Of a DNA stretch of 64,000 nucleotides, positions 19,122 through 28,823 are shown one piece after another. The stretch lies in the NCBI GenBank assembly GCA_031362565.1, contig JANLSU010000003.1, positions 1 through 64,000 on the forward strand, read 5' to 3'. The DNA is from a bacterium (GTDB taxonomy: Bacteria > Krumholzibacteriota > Krumholzibacteriia > G020349025). The translations under genes were made by a program, and so were the position numbers. Positions within the stretch are counted from its first letter, which is position 1. Each line of letters opens with the position of its first letter. Under the pieces are notes generated by a model. That model saw nothing but the letters and a program-made list of their open reading frames with translations, was not told the origin of the DNA and ran no database searches.

Positions 19122-19155
19122 CACCCTGGACGCCCGAGTCGCGTATGTTCTCAGC

Positions 19156-19842
19156 ATGAGTGAATCAGTGATCGTTCTACGCGATGTAACGAAGACCTAC
19201 CAGACCGCGGCCGGCGGCTTCACGGCGCTTGCAGGCGTGAGCCTGCGCATCGAACCACGCGAGTTCGTCGCCGTCGTAGGCCCGTCGGGCAGCGGCAAAT
19301 CCACCCTGCTCGGACTCCTGGCCGGCATTGACCGGCCGACACATGGCGAAGTGGAGGTTTGCGGGGCTGCCCTCCAGACGCTGCGCGAACGCGACCTGAC
19401 GGCGTGGCGCGGCCGTGCCGTGGGCATCGTGTTTCAGTTCTTTCAGTTGCTGCCGACGCTGACTTCGGCCGAAAACGTCATGCTGCCGATGGACTTCTGC
19501 AGCACGTGGCCGGCGCGCGAACGCCGCAGCCGGGCGCTCGGGTTGCTCGATCGCTGTGGTGTCGCCGATCAAGCGGACAAGTTTCCGGCGACCCTCTCGG
19601 GTGGTCAGCAACAGCGCGTCGCCATCGCGCGAGCGCTCGCGAATGCGCCGGCGCTCTTGCTCGCGGACGAGCCCACCGGCAACCTCGATACGCGCACCTC
19701 GGAAACCATGCTGGAACTCTTTGCACGCCTGGTTGCGGACGGGCAAACCGTGGTGATGGTCACCCATGAACACAGCGCGCAACGTTATGCATCGCGCACC
19801 GTGACGATGGCCGATGGCCGCATCGAGGGCGCGCATGCGTAG
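19156..19842 (+). CDS. MacB/LolD-type ABC ATP-binding protein
   Basis: GPSGSGKST, LSGGQQQRVAIARAL, ADEPTGNLD, VTH. Confidence 0.95.
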   Translation: MSESVIVLRDVTKTYQTAAGGFTALAGVSLRIEPREFVAVVGPSGSGKSTLLGLLAGIDRPTHGEVEVCGAALQTLRERDLTAWRGRAVGIVFQFFQLLPTLTSAENVMLPMDFCSTWPARERRSRALGLLDRCGVADQADKFPATLSGGQQQRVAIARALANAPALLLADEPTGNLDTRTSETMLELFARLVADGQTVVMVTHEHSAQRYASRTVTMADGRIEGAHA

Positions 19843-22231
19843 CGTGAAGACTCGGCGCCCGGACGCGCTCGCGCCACGCTGGCGCAAGGTGTTGCGCGAC
19901 GTCTGGCGGCACAAGCCGCGCACGCTGCTCGTGGTGCTCGCCATCACGATCGGCATTCTGGGGGCCGGCGCGGTGCTCGACGCCTGGTCGCTGGTGCGCC
20001 GTGGAACACGCAGCGAGTACCAAGCCAGCAATCCGGCCGCCGCAACGCTCAAGATCGATTCCACGGACGCGGCCCTCTTGGACCGCATTCGTGCGATGCC
20101 CGCCATCCGCGACGTGCAAACACGGCGCACGGCTGCCGGTATGGCGCGTGTGCCGGAGGGCATGCGTCCCGCGATTCTCTTTGCGGCCGATGACTTCAAT
20201 GCGATCCGGATCGGCATCGTCAAGCCCGAGTCCGGTGCCTGGCCGCCGCGTGACGGGGAGATTGTCGTCGAAACGTCATCGGTGGAATTTGCCGGCACGG
20301 CGGTCGGCGATTCGATGTTCATTCAAATGGCCGATGCCGCGCCGCACTTCCTCCGGGTGGCGGGCATCGCACGTGACGTCGGCTTGGCCCCCGGCTGGAT
20401 GGAGCATGTCGTCTACGGTTTCGTGACTCGTGCCACGTTGGCGCAACTCGGAGCACCGGCGGGCGACGAATTACAGATTGTCGTTGCCGACAAGACCCTC
20501 GGCCGCGATGCGGTGCGCCGTATTGCGAACGACGTCCGCGACGTCGTCGAAAGCACCGGTCGCACGGTATCGAATGTCGACGTCCCGGTACCGGGCCGCC
20601 ACATCCATGCGGCGCAAATCGATTCCCTGCTGTTTACGCAAGGTGCGTTCGGCGTTCTGGCGATGCTCTTGAGCGGCCTTCTCGTGGTCAACCTGATTGC
20701 GGCAATGTTGGCGGGCCAAGTGCGCGAAATCGGCGTCATGAAAACGCTTGGAGCCGGCAGCCGGCAAATCGCCATTTTGTATTTGAGCCTGGCGGCCGTG
20801 CTCGGTCTGGTGGCCTGCGTGATCGCAATTCCAGCCGCGGCCGTGCTCGGGCGAATGTATGCGAACTTCACCGCCAACATCCTCAACTTCGATGTGGCGG
20901 GCTTCAGCATTCCACCCGTGGTGTTTCTGGTGCAACTGGCGGTAGGCGTCCTCCTGCCGGTGGTTGCAGCATCGTTTCCGGTGGCACGCGGCTGCCGGAT
21001 CCCGGTGGCACAGGCACTGCGCGACATCGGCATCGATGCCACTTCCGGCAGCTCGGGCGGCCGTTTGCTGCAGCATGCAGGCGGCCTGTCGCGCCCGATC
21101 TTGCTGGCGTTACGGAACGCCTTCCGGCGCCGGCAGCGGATGTTTCTGACACTCATCGCACTGGCCACGGGCGGCGCCGTGTACCTGGGCGCGCTCGATT
21201 TGCGGGCGGCGATCAGTGGCTCGGTCGACTTGCTCTTCGCTGCGAATCGTTACGACATGGCGTTGCGCTTCGCAGCCGCGCAGCCACCCGATAGCTTGGA
21301 AGCCATCGTCGCCGCGGTCCCGGGCGTGGCGCGCACGGAAGCGTGGGGCGCCGCCCGCGCCGCGTTCCGCGAGGCGGATGGCCGGCTCGGCAGCACATTC
21401 CCAATCAGCGCACCACCCGCGGCAACGCAAATGTTCGTGCCGTCCTTCCGAAGCGGCCGGTGGCCGGGCCCCGGCGATGGCAACGCGCTCGTGGTGAATC
21501 GCCGTTTACTGTCGGATGAACCACGCTTGGGCCAAGTGGACACGCTGACGCTCGTCATCGGCGGGCAGGCGGTGCAATGGAAAATCGTCGGCGTCGTCGA
21601 CACCGGGCCGTCACCGGTGGCCTACACCTGTCGCGAAACCCTCGCCCGCATCACCGGAAAGAGTCGCATGGACCGCGTCGTGGTTGCGGCGACCGCAAGT
21701 GGACCCGCAACCCGCCTCGATTTGATTCAGCGACTGCGCACGACTGGAGAAGCGCACGGCATCGCCGTGCAATCGAGCCAACACATGGAGCCCGCCCGCC
21801 GGGTCATGGAAGATCACCTACTGATGGTCGCCGGATTCCTAGGCGTCATGGCGCAGCTCATGATCGTGGTCGGCGGATTGGGTCTAGGCTCCACCATGAG
21901 TCTCGGCGTCCTCGAACGCACCCGCGAGATTGGCGTGCTGCGCGCGATCGGCGCTCGCCATCGCTCCATTCTCTTCATGGTGCAAATCGAGGGGCTCGTC
22001 GTCGGCATTCTCAGTTGGGCGATTGCGCTGCCGCTCTCGATTCCAATGAGTGTCGTGCTCGGCAAAGCCTTCGGCCGGATCATGCTCCCGGTGCCAGTGA
22101 TCTACCTGCCCCAACTGTCGGCTGTCTTGCAGTGGCTGGGAGTCGTCATCGCAGTGTCGATCGTCGCCTGCGCCTGGCCGGCCTTTCGTGCCACCCGCAT
22201 TCCTACCGCTGCGGCACTCGCGTACGAGTGA
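19835..22231 (+). CDS. FtsX/MacB-type ABC permease (duplicated domains)
   Basis: REIGVMKTLGA and ERTREIGVLRAIGA motifs; ends ALAYE; overlaps the ATPase gene. Confidence 0.92.
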   Translation: MRSVKTRRPDALAPRWRKVLRDVWRHKPRTLLVVLAITIGILGAGAVLDAWSLVRRGTRSEYQASNPAAATLKIDSTDAALLDRIRAMPAIRDVQTRRTAAGMARVPEGMRPAILFAADDFNAIRIGIVKPESGAWPPRDGEIVVETSSVEFAGTAVGDSMFIQMADAAPHFLRVAGIARDVGLAPGWMEHVVYGFVTRATLAQLGAPAGDELQIVVADKTLGRDAVRRIANDVRDVVESTGRTVSNVDVPVPGRHIHAAQIDSLLFTQGAFGVLAMLLSGLLVVNLIAAMLAGQVREIGVMKTLGAGSRQIAILYLSLAAVLGLVACVIAIPAAAVLGRMYANFTANILNFDVAGFSIPPVVFLVQLAVGVLLPVVAASFPVARGCRIPVAQALRDIGIDATSGSSGGRLLQHAGGLSRPILLALRNAFRRRQRMFLTLIALATGGAVYLGALDLRAAISGSVDLLFAANRYDMALRFAAAQPPDSLEAIVAAVPGVARTEAWGAARAAFREADGRLGSTFPISAPPAATQMFVPSFRSGRWPGPGDGNALVVNRRLLSDEPRLGQVDTLTLVIGGQAVQWKIVGVVDTGPSPVAYTCRETLARITGKSRMDRVVVAATASGPATRLDLIQRLRTTGEAHGIAVQSSQHMEPARRVMEDHLLMVAGFLGVMAQLMIVVGGLGLGSTMSLGVLERTREIGVLRAIGARHRSILFMVQIEGLVVGILSWAIALPLSIPMSVVLGKAFGRIMLPVPVIYLPQLSAVLQWLGVVIAVSIVACAWPAFRATRIPTAAALAYE

Positions 22232-22307
22232 AATCTGCGCGGCTGTGCAATGCGACTGTGCCGCCGCGATCGGTGTCGTGACGCCAGGGCCGCGTCTGAG
22301 CTAGAAT

Positions 22308-23894
22308 GTGCCGATGATCAGACGAGACCCGCGAATCGTTGCCGTCGCCGCCGCCATCGCCGCTGTGCTGTTCGCGCTCGTGTCCTTCATCGTTCGGGCC
22401 CACTATTACGCCCCGTGGATGGACGATGACGCATTCATCTCCTATCGGTATGCGCGCAACCTGGCGCGCGGCTTCGGCCTCGTTTACAACGTCGGCGAAC
22501 GTGTCGAGGGGTACTCGAATTTCCTCTGGACGATCTTGCTTGCGGGTGCGCACAAGTTGGGCGCGCCGCTTCCTGAAAGCGCTCGGGCGATGGGCGTCAC
22601 GTTCGCCCTTGCAACGGGACTGCTGCTTCTCGCGCTCCGCATGCTGCCGGCAGGGACTCCGGGCGTCAGGGTACGGCCGCTCTTCATCGTCATCCCAACG
22701 GTGGTGCTCTGGCTGACGGACTCCTGGGCCGCCTGGGCGGTCGGGGGGCTCGAGAACCCGCTGGGTGCGTTCCTTGTCGCGGCGATGTTCCTCTATTACT
22801 TCCGGTCGCTCGGCACCGGCAATTCACTGCGTGCGACCGCGGCAGCGGGCCTGCTCGCGACACTTGCAGCACTCACCCATCCTTCGTACGCGCTGTTTGG
22901 TCTCATCGTGGGCGCGCATTCCATTGCAACGGTCGTCCGCTCGCGTTCGTTGCGCCGCCCCATCGCGTTGGTCGTGCCCGCTCTCGCGATCGGAGTGCCC
23001 TACATCGCGTGGAAGTTGAGCTACTACGGCCACGTGTTACCCAACACTTTTCGCGCCAAGGTCGGACTGACACCCGCGGCGCTCGACCGCGGGCTGCGAA
23101 ACTTGGGAGAAGTCGTCACCGGCCTGCCGATCGTCGGGATCGTCCCGGTCGCGGTGGCGATCTGGCTCATCGCGCGGCGCGACGGCGATCCGCGACCGTG
23201 GCTGCTCCTTGCTGCCATCGGCGCGTATGCCGCCTACACCGTCGGCATCGGCGGCGAGGCTTTCCCGGCATTCCGGCTCTTTCTCGTGGTGCTGCCTTTG
23301 GCGTGTCTACTCCTGCAGTACGCACTCGCCTCGGCCTCGACCATGGGCCGGTCTGGCCCCGCCGTCTCGCTCGGGATCGCATTCGTGGCGACCTTGGGAC
23401 TTGGTGCCGCGAACCGTGCAAGCGAGCGCGTGCGCGTGCTCGACACCGCGGTAGAGACCGACCTCTTGGGGTTGTTCCGTGCCGTCGGACTCGAACTCAA
23501 GCGGATCCTGCCGCCCGATGCCCTCGTCGCGCACTCCGGTGCGGGTGTGATCGCGTTCTACTGCGAACTGCCGTTTCTCGACACACTCGGCCTTACCGAC
23601 GCGCACATTGCGTCGCGCACCATCCGCAACATGGGCGAGGGTGCGGCCGGGCACGAAAAGGGCGACGGCCGTTACGTTTTCTCGCGGCGACCGCACGTCA
23701 TCATCGTCAGCGGCATTCCGATCTCGACCTTCAAACCGCGCCTGCTAGGCGATCGCGAGTTGCTGTCGATCCCCGAGTTTCCGCAGGTCTACGAGCGCAG
23801 TGTCATGGACGTGCGCTACATCCCGCGCGGCGCCGGCAAAGAGCGGTCGGTGCCCGTTCCGGTGTTCGTCCGCAAGGAACTCGTCGGGCCATGA
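22308..23894 (+). CDS. GT-C fold membrane glycosyltransferase (AftB-like)
   Basis: DDAFISYRYARNL..G.GLVYN.GERVEGYSNFLW, LPNTFRAK, DTLGLTD.HIA...GHEK. Confidence 0.82.
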   Translation: MPMIRRDPRIVAVAAAIAAVLFALVSFIVRAHYYAPWMDDDAFISYRYARNLARGFGLVYNVGERVEGYSNFLWTILLAGAHKLGAPLPESARAMGVTFALATGLLLLALRMLPAGTPGVRVRPLFIVIPTVVLWLTDSWAAWAVGGLENPLGAFLVAAMFLYYFRSLGTGNSLRATAAAGLLATLAALTHPSYALFGLIVGAHSIATVVRSRSLRRPIALVVPALAIGVPYIAWKLSYYGHVLPNTFRAKVGLTPAALDRGLRNLGEVVTGLPIVGIVPVAVAIWLIARRDGDPRPWLLLAAIGAYAAYTVGIGGEAFPAFRLFLVVLPLACLLLQYALASASTMGRSGPAVSLGIAFVATLGLGAANRASERVRVLDTAVETDLLGLFRAVGLELKRILPPDALVAHSGAGVIAFYCELPFLDTLGLTDAHIASRTIRNMGEGAAGHEKGDGRYVFSRRPHVIIVSGIPISTFKPRLLGDRELLSIPEFPQVYERSVMDVRYIPRGAGKERSVPVPVFVRKELVGP

Positions 23895-23965
23895 GAAGGC
23901 GGCGCGCCCCGGTCGCAGACTGCGAATCCCGCAACAACCGGCACCGTTCCGGCGTACGACGGAAA

Positions 23966-24856
23966 ATGATGCGCATCAAGCAACGCTCGCTCATTCTGAT
24001 CGTATGCGGGGCGGCAGCAAGTGGTCTCCTCACGCTCGCGGGCTGCCTTTCGTGGCGGTCGCCGCCATTCTACGAGCTGACGCAGAGTCCTCCGCTCCCC
24101 GCTCCAATCCTGACCCAGGCGCAGTACGACTCGGTGCATGCGTTCTTCCCGCGGCCCTATGTCCTGCGTTGCGACAGCGGCGCGGCGCAGTTGCTGGTGT
24201 ATGGCGCGAGCCACACCCGCGACCGCAATGACCCGCAGATCGCCGATCTCCGGCGCCAGTTCGTCGAGTTCCACCCGACGGTCGTGTTGGTGGAAGGACG
24301 CCCGGGCGGGCCGCTCGCCGGGCTGCGCGATCCCGTGGCCCAGTTCGGCGAGATGGGCGAGGCCGTACGCCTCGCGCGGCGCGCGCGATGCCGGATCTGG
24401 ACGTGGGAGCCCTCGAAGGAGGCCGAGATCGCCGCACAGCTGACCCGTTTCCCGCCAGCGCACGTCGCGATGTTCTACGTCTTGCGCCCCTATTTCGGGC
24501 AAGTGCGGTTCGGCAAACCCGCGGATCCGGCAGGGTTCGTTGAACCGTTCCGCAAGAAGCGCACCCGCTGGAAAGGACTCGAGGGCCAACTACCGTCGAT
24601 CGCGGTCATCGATTCCATCTGGAGGCAGGATTTGGCGGGACTTCCCGATTGGCGTGAGACATCGGACGAATACGGCTGGCCGGGAGTGCTGAGCGATATT
24701 GCCGCGCGCTCGAATGCGATGCGCGACGAGCACTTGACTCAGCTGCTGCTCGAACTCACCGGGCGTGGCGAACGCGTGTTTGCCGTCGCCGGGTCGTCGC
24801 ATGCCGTCAAGATCGAACCACCGCTGACGGCAGCGTGCGGCCGGCCGTTGCGCTAG
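23966..24856 (+). CDS. Hypothetical lipoprotein
   Basis: Lipobox LAGC; YGASH, VLVEG, RDEH, VAGSSH motifs (TraB/Tiki-like metal ligands, tentative). Confidence 0.7.
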   Translation: MMRIKQRSLILIVCGAAASGLLTLAGCLSWRSPPFYELTQSPPLPAPILTQAQYDSVHAFFPRPYVLRCDSGAAQLLVYGASHTRDRNDPQIADLRRQFVEFHPTVVLVEGRPGGPLAGLRDPVAQFGEMGEAVRLARRARCRIWTWEPSKEAEIAAQLTRFPPAHVAMFYVLRPYFGQVRFGKPADPAGFVEPFRKKRTRWKGLEGQLPSIAVIDSIWRQDLAGLPDWRETSDEYGWPGVLSDIAARSNAMRDEHLTQLLLELTGRGERVFAVAGSSHAVKIEPPLTAACGRPLR

Positions 24857-25449
24857 TCGCGAGGCGTCTGCGCTACCTGCCAAAGCTCGGTGTACTTGTC
24901 GCCCACGGAAGCATCCAATTGCGCCCCGAAATCCGGTGTCAATTCGTTGGCGCGAATCAGCGTAATCACGTCCGCCAAATCTTGTAGACGATCGGGCGCC
25001 GTCATTCCAGAAGCGAGTTTGAGTTCGAGGAGCGTTCGGAGGTCGACCACTCGCATGCCGGCTTCGGGTTTTTGGATGGCACTGGGGTCGGGGAATCGAA
25101 TCGCCTTTGGTTTCCCGTCACCAGGGTAGTCACCGGCAATCAAAAAATCGATTGGCACACCCGTTTCGGCGTCGCGGACACCGCGTGACCCGGGGAATTT
25201 CTCGGCGTAGCCGCGGCCAAGCAAGTGCGTCCTGAATCGCTCGAGTCCCTGTGAAGTCACCAAGATGTTCACATCCCCAGTCAACCGCTGATGCCCATGC
25301 GCGTAGACGGCTAAACCACCAACCAGGGCGAAGTCGACGCCGAGCTCTTGCAGTGCGTGTTCGACCCGCGCCAACGTCCGATGTACCTTCGAGCCGCCGG
25401 CGAAGAAGGCGTCCACTTCCTGGATCCTCTTATCCAATGATTCTTCCAT
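24853..25449 (-). CDS. Minimal nucleotidyltransferase-fold protein (DxN variant)
   Basis: ALVGGLAV.AHG..RLTGDVNILV; LLELKLASG...DRLQDLADV. Confidence 0.82.
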   Translation of the reverse strand: MEESLDKRIQEVDAFFAGGSKVHRTLARVEHALQELGVDFALVGGLAVYAHGHQRLTGDVNILVTSQGLERFRTHLLGRGYAEKFPGSRGVRDAETGVPIDFLIAGDYPGDGKPKAIRFPDPSAIQKPEAGMRVVDLRTLLELKLASGMTAPDRLQDLADVITLIRANELTPDFGAQLDASVGDKYTELWQVAQTPRD

Positions 25450-25544
25450 CACGGTGAGGATACCCTCGCGTGGGGCAGGCCGCCAGCGGCGACCGTACGG
25501 CAGCTTCGACAACGCGACTGTCGCATTTCTGTTACGCTCCCGCC

Positions 25545-26531
25545 ATGAAGGTGCACGCTTCCAACGCGTTGGTGATCGTGAATCCCGCCTCCGGACGGGA
25601 TAACGGCGCACGCATCCAAGAACTGCTGCGGAACCGGCTCGCAAGCGACGGGTGCGGTTGCGTGCAACGTTTGACGACGGGGGCAGGCGACGCTGCCGCC
25701 TGGGCTGCCGGTGCCGGCATGGAGGGGTTCGATCTGGTGATCGCAGTCGGCGGCGACGGGACCCTGGCCGAGGTCGTGGGTGGCATGTGCAAGGCACAGC
25801 GACGGGTACCGATCGCCTATGTGCCCGCCGGATCCGCCAATCTCGCGGCGCGCGCGCTGGGGATCGAAAGCGCCGCCGATGCCGCCGTCGAAACCGTTGC
25901 AACCGGCGTCGCCGTACCTTTCGACGTCGGAGTGCTTCCGGAACGCGATCGCTACTTTCTGGTCGCAGCCGCGATCGGCTACCCGGCGTCGCTGGTTCGC
26001 GACGCACCGCGGGCGCTGAAGAAGCGTTTTGGGTTCTTGGCCTATCTCATCGGCGCGTTGCGGAACGCCGGTCACGTCGTCCGGCCCGAGCGCTTCGAGA
26101 TCGAAACCGAATACGGCCGCCGCGTCTATCGCGCCCACACCGTGGTCGTAATGAATACCAGCGTCGATCTTGGAATCCCCATGCTGCCGAGCGCGAACCC
26201 GCATGACGGCCGGCTCGACATCACGGTCATGACGACGCGCAACTGGTGGGGTGTGCTGCGTGTCTTGGTGGCGGCACTCCTGCGCCGCCCCCACAACGCC
26301 GAGGTCATTCAGTTCAGCGCGAAGCGCGTGCGCATCACCGCGCATCCCGCGCACCCGATCCACTTGGATGGCGAGATGGTAGGACCCACGCCCGTCCTGG
26401 TCGAGGTGTTACCTGCAGCGGTCGAACTGGTGCTCCCAGCTCCGCAAGCGGACCGCCCCACCGGCGGGGCGGTCCTTCTTGCGTCCGTCGCGGCAGCATT
26501 CCAACGCAGCTCGAGCGGGCGAGCCGACTAA
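25545..26531 (+). CDS. Diacylglycerol/lipid kinase family protein (YegS/DagK)
   Basis: VNPASG, VGGDGTL.EV, PAGSAN, DGRLD, LDGE. Confidence 0.92.
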   Translation: MKVHASNALVIVNPASGRDNGARIQELLRNRLASDGCGCVQRLTTGAGDAAAWAAGAGMEGFDLVIAVGGDGTLAEVVGGMCKAQRRVPIAYVPAGSANLAARALGIESAADAAVETVATGVAVPFDVGVLPERDRYFLVAAAIGYPASLVRDAPRALKKRFGFLAYLIGALRNAGHVVRPERFEIETEYGRRVYRAHTVVVMNTSVDLGIPMLPSANPHDGRLDITVMTTRNWWGVLRVLVAALLRRPHNAEVIQFSAKRVRITAHPAHPIHLDGEMVGPTPVLVEVLPAAVELVLPAPQADRPTGGAVLLASVAAAFQRSSSGRAD

Positions 26532-26568
26532 GCCCGTCGTCGCGTCGTGGTTCGCACTCCGCCCGACT

Positions 26569-27144
26569 TCAGGAACCCACCGTGACGGGGTCACCGGTCT
26601 GATGGTCGGTGATCTGGAACCGCAGAAACTCATGAACCGCGTCGCGGGCCTGGCGATCGCGCGTCAGAATCAAGACCCGGGCGCCGCGGTCGGTCGCCTC
26701 CCAGTGATACACGATCGATGACCGCAGCCGTTTCATGGTCGCGGCACCGGTAGGGAGCTGGCCGTGAATCTGCACCGGCATGCTGAAATCGCCCTTCGCG
26801 AATGTTTCGGCCACGGCCTTGAGATGATCGCGAATGAGCGTAACGCTGGCGCTGTCGTCGGCACTGTTCGCTTCGACGCGGATCTCGCCGCCGTCCTTCG
26901 ACAGCGAAAAGTGATGCGTTGTCTTTTGGTGGTCGAACCCCATCACGGCATCGCCGTGCTGGTTGACCGCATCGAAGTGACTGTCGGTTGTACTGCCGGT
27001 GGATGCCTTGGCATTCATCGGGCAGTCCTTGGTGCCCATCAACGGACATGCAGCGGTGCCGTGCGGCTTGTCGGCTGCCGCGACCGAGATTGCGAACACG
27101 ATCGCGCCGGCAAATACAACGTGATCCAGTCGGACGATCTTCAT
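26569..27144 (-). CDS. Secreted His/Met/Cys-rich hypothetical protein
   Basis: ATGA overlap with the MerR stop; signal peptide; CPLM..CPM, MGFDHQKTTHHF, FQITDHQTGD. Confidence 0.8.
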   Translation of the reverse strand: MKIVRLDHVVFAGAIVFAISVAAADKPHGTAACPLMGTKDCPMNAKASTGSTTDSHFDAVNQHGDAVMGFDHQKTTHHFSLSKDGGEIRVEANSADDSASVTLIRDHLKAVAETFAKGDFSMPVQIHGQLPTGAATMKRLRSSIVYHWEATDRGARVLILTRDRQARDAVHEFLRFQITDHQTGDPVTVGS

Positions 27145-27656
27145 GGTTTTCTCCATCGATCGGGGTTCTGCTTGCGACCCTTGGCGACCGCCCGGCGCTG
27201 CGGTTTCCCAAGGCTCTGCCGTTCGGTCTCGCCGAGCGCATCCAGCAACCCTGCCCGCTGGCCGCGGGGTAGTCCCGCAAGCCGCCGGTCCCAGTCACGC
27301 AGCAACTTGCGGAGACCGGCCCGGAACTGCTCGAGTTGCTCGATCCGCTCCTCGACGTCTCGCAACTTCCCGGCCGTCAAGGCGCGCACGGTGCGGCATG
27401 GCGTGCCGCCCGCGTCGCGTACCTTGAGCACCCGGGCCAGCTCACGCAGCGTGAAGCCCACGGCCAGGCCGTTCTGAATCAACCGGACCCGTTGCTCGGC
27501 TTCGGGCGGATAGATCCGGTAACCGCTTGCCGTCCGCGGCGGCCGCGGCAGAATGCCGAGCCGCTCGTAGTGGCGCAGCGTATCGGCACTGACGCCGGTC
27601 CTTTGTGCGAGCTCTCCGGACCAGCAGCCCGGTCCTGGTTCACGGTGCGTTGCCAT
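27141..27656 (-). CDS. MerR-family transcriptional regulator
   Basis: GELAQRTGVSADTLRHYERLGIL...RT.SGYRIY, GFTLREL, coiled-coil dimerisation helix. Confidence 0.93.
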   Translation of the reverse strand: MATHREPGPGCWSGELAQRTGVSADTLRHYERLGILPRPPRTASGYRIYPPEAEQRVRLIQNGLAVGFTLRELARVLKVRDAGGTPCRTVRALTAGKLRDVEERIEQLEQFRAGLRKLLRDWDRRLAGLPRGQRAGLLDALGETERQSLGKPQRRAVAKGRKQNPDRWRKP

Positions 27657-27661
27657 AGAGG

Positions 27662-27693
27662 ATGAGAAACCCTGGAACGGGTTCCGGGGTCAA
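27662..27693 (-). promoter_or_regulatory. MerR-type promoter/operator
   Basis: TTGACC -35 overlapping the 22-bp dyad ACCCCGGAACCCGTTCCAGGGT (27669-27690). Confidence 0.8.
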
Positions 27694-27757
27694 GCGGGTT
27701 TGATCGGCCCTCCCTGCCGCCATAACCCTGAGGCTCTCCGCTGCTAGACTGGCCACC

Positions 27758-28561
27758 ATGAAGTTGCCAGCGGCATGCGTTCTTTTCGCCCTGGCGACCG
27801 GCGTCGCCGCCGAAGAGCCTTGTCCATCTCCGGTCTTGCCGGCCTACGCCCACAACGACTATGAAAATCAGCGGCCGCTATTCGACGCGCTGCGCCTGGA
27901 ATACCGCGGCGTCGAGGCGGACGTGTTTCTCGTCCACGGCGAGCTCCGAGTCGCCCACGACCGGCGCGGGACGCGCGCCGGCCGTACCTTGCAGTCGCTC
28001 TACCTCGACCCGTTGCGCGACATTGTCGTCCACTGCGGTCGAGTGTGCACCGACTCGGTGCCCTTTCTCCTGAACGTCGAGATCAAGGAGGCATCACCCG
28101 CGGCGTATGACACGCTGTCTGCAGTATTACGGCGCTATCCGGACCTTCTGAGCGCGGTCGATCGCGGCACGAAGCCGTCGACAGCCGTCGAGGTCGTTCT
28201 CGTCGGATGGCATCCGCCGATTGCGGTGCTGGAGCGCGACCCGGGTCGTTGCGCAGGCGTGCAGCAGCAAGTCATGTCGCAATCCACGCCACCGGACTCG
28301 AGCGCCGTCGTGCGCCTCGTCAGTCTCAACTATGGAAAGACCATCCGCTGGTCGGGCCGCTCGCCGCTCCCGGCGAGCGGTCGAGCGTGGTTGCAGGCTC
28401 TCGAGCGCGCCAAACGCGCCGGCCCCCGCCGGATCGCACGCGTCTACAACGTGCCGCCGAATGCAGAGATCTACCGCGTCCTTCTCGAATCCGGCGTCGA
28501 TCTCATCGGCACGAAGGATCTCGAGGCCACGCGGCGCGCCCTCGTGCCGCCCCAACGCTGA
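27758..28561 (+). CDS. Secreted PLC-like phosphodiesterase (GDPD/AIM6-like)
   Basis: Signal peptide; AHNDY, VEADV, VAHD, LQSLYLDPL, LNVEIK, GVDLIGT. Confidence 0.78.
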   Translation: MKLPAACVLFALATGVAAEEPCPSPVLPAYAHNDYENQRPLFDALRLEYRGVEADVFLVHGELRVAHDRRGTRAGRTLQSLYLDPLRDIVVHCGRVCTDSVPFLLNVEIKEASPAAYDTLSAVLRRYPDLLSAVDRGTKPSTAVEVVLVGWHPPIAVLERDPGRCAGVQQQVMSQSTPPDSSAVVRLVSLNYGKTIRWSGRSPLPASGRAWLQALERAKRAGPRRIARVYNVPPNAEIYRVLLESGVDLIGTKDLEATRRALVPPQR

Positions 28562-28823
28562 GCGGTGCTCGATCTCAACCTCGACCTGCGCCAGCTCGCG
28601 ACGCTCCTGCCCCGTTACCCACTCGCTTCCCTCCCCGCGGTGCGGCAGACGGTCGGCCCGTGTTCTCAGCCCTTGCCTTCCCATTCGCGCGCGGACCGGG
28701 ATCACGTTTCGACGCCCGCCGCGTCTCGATGGACGGCTGCCATTGACCTGTCGGCTCGGTGGTGCTCCTGCCCACTTGTCGGCAGCATCCCACGCGGCAT
28801 GGGAGCGGCAGTACACTGGACCC

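Noticed and set aside
28562..28823. Small ORFs in the gap before the DUF72 gene
   Set aside because: No SD, motif or consistent coding signal
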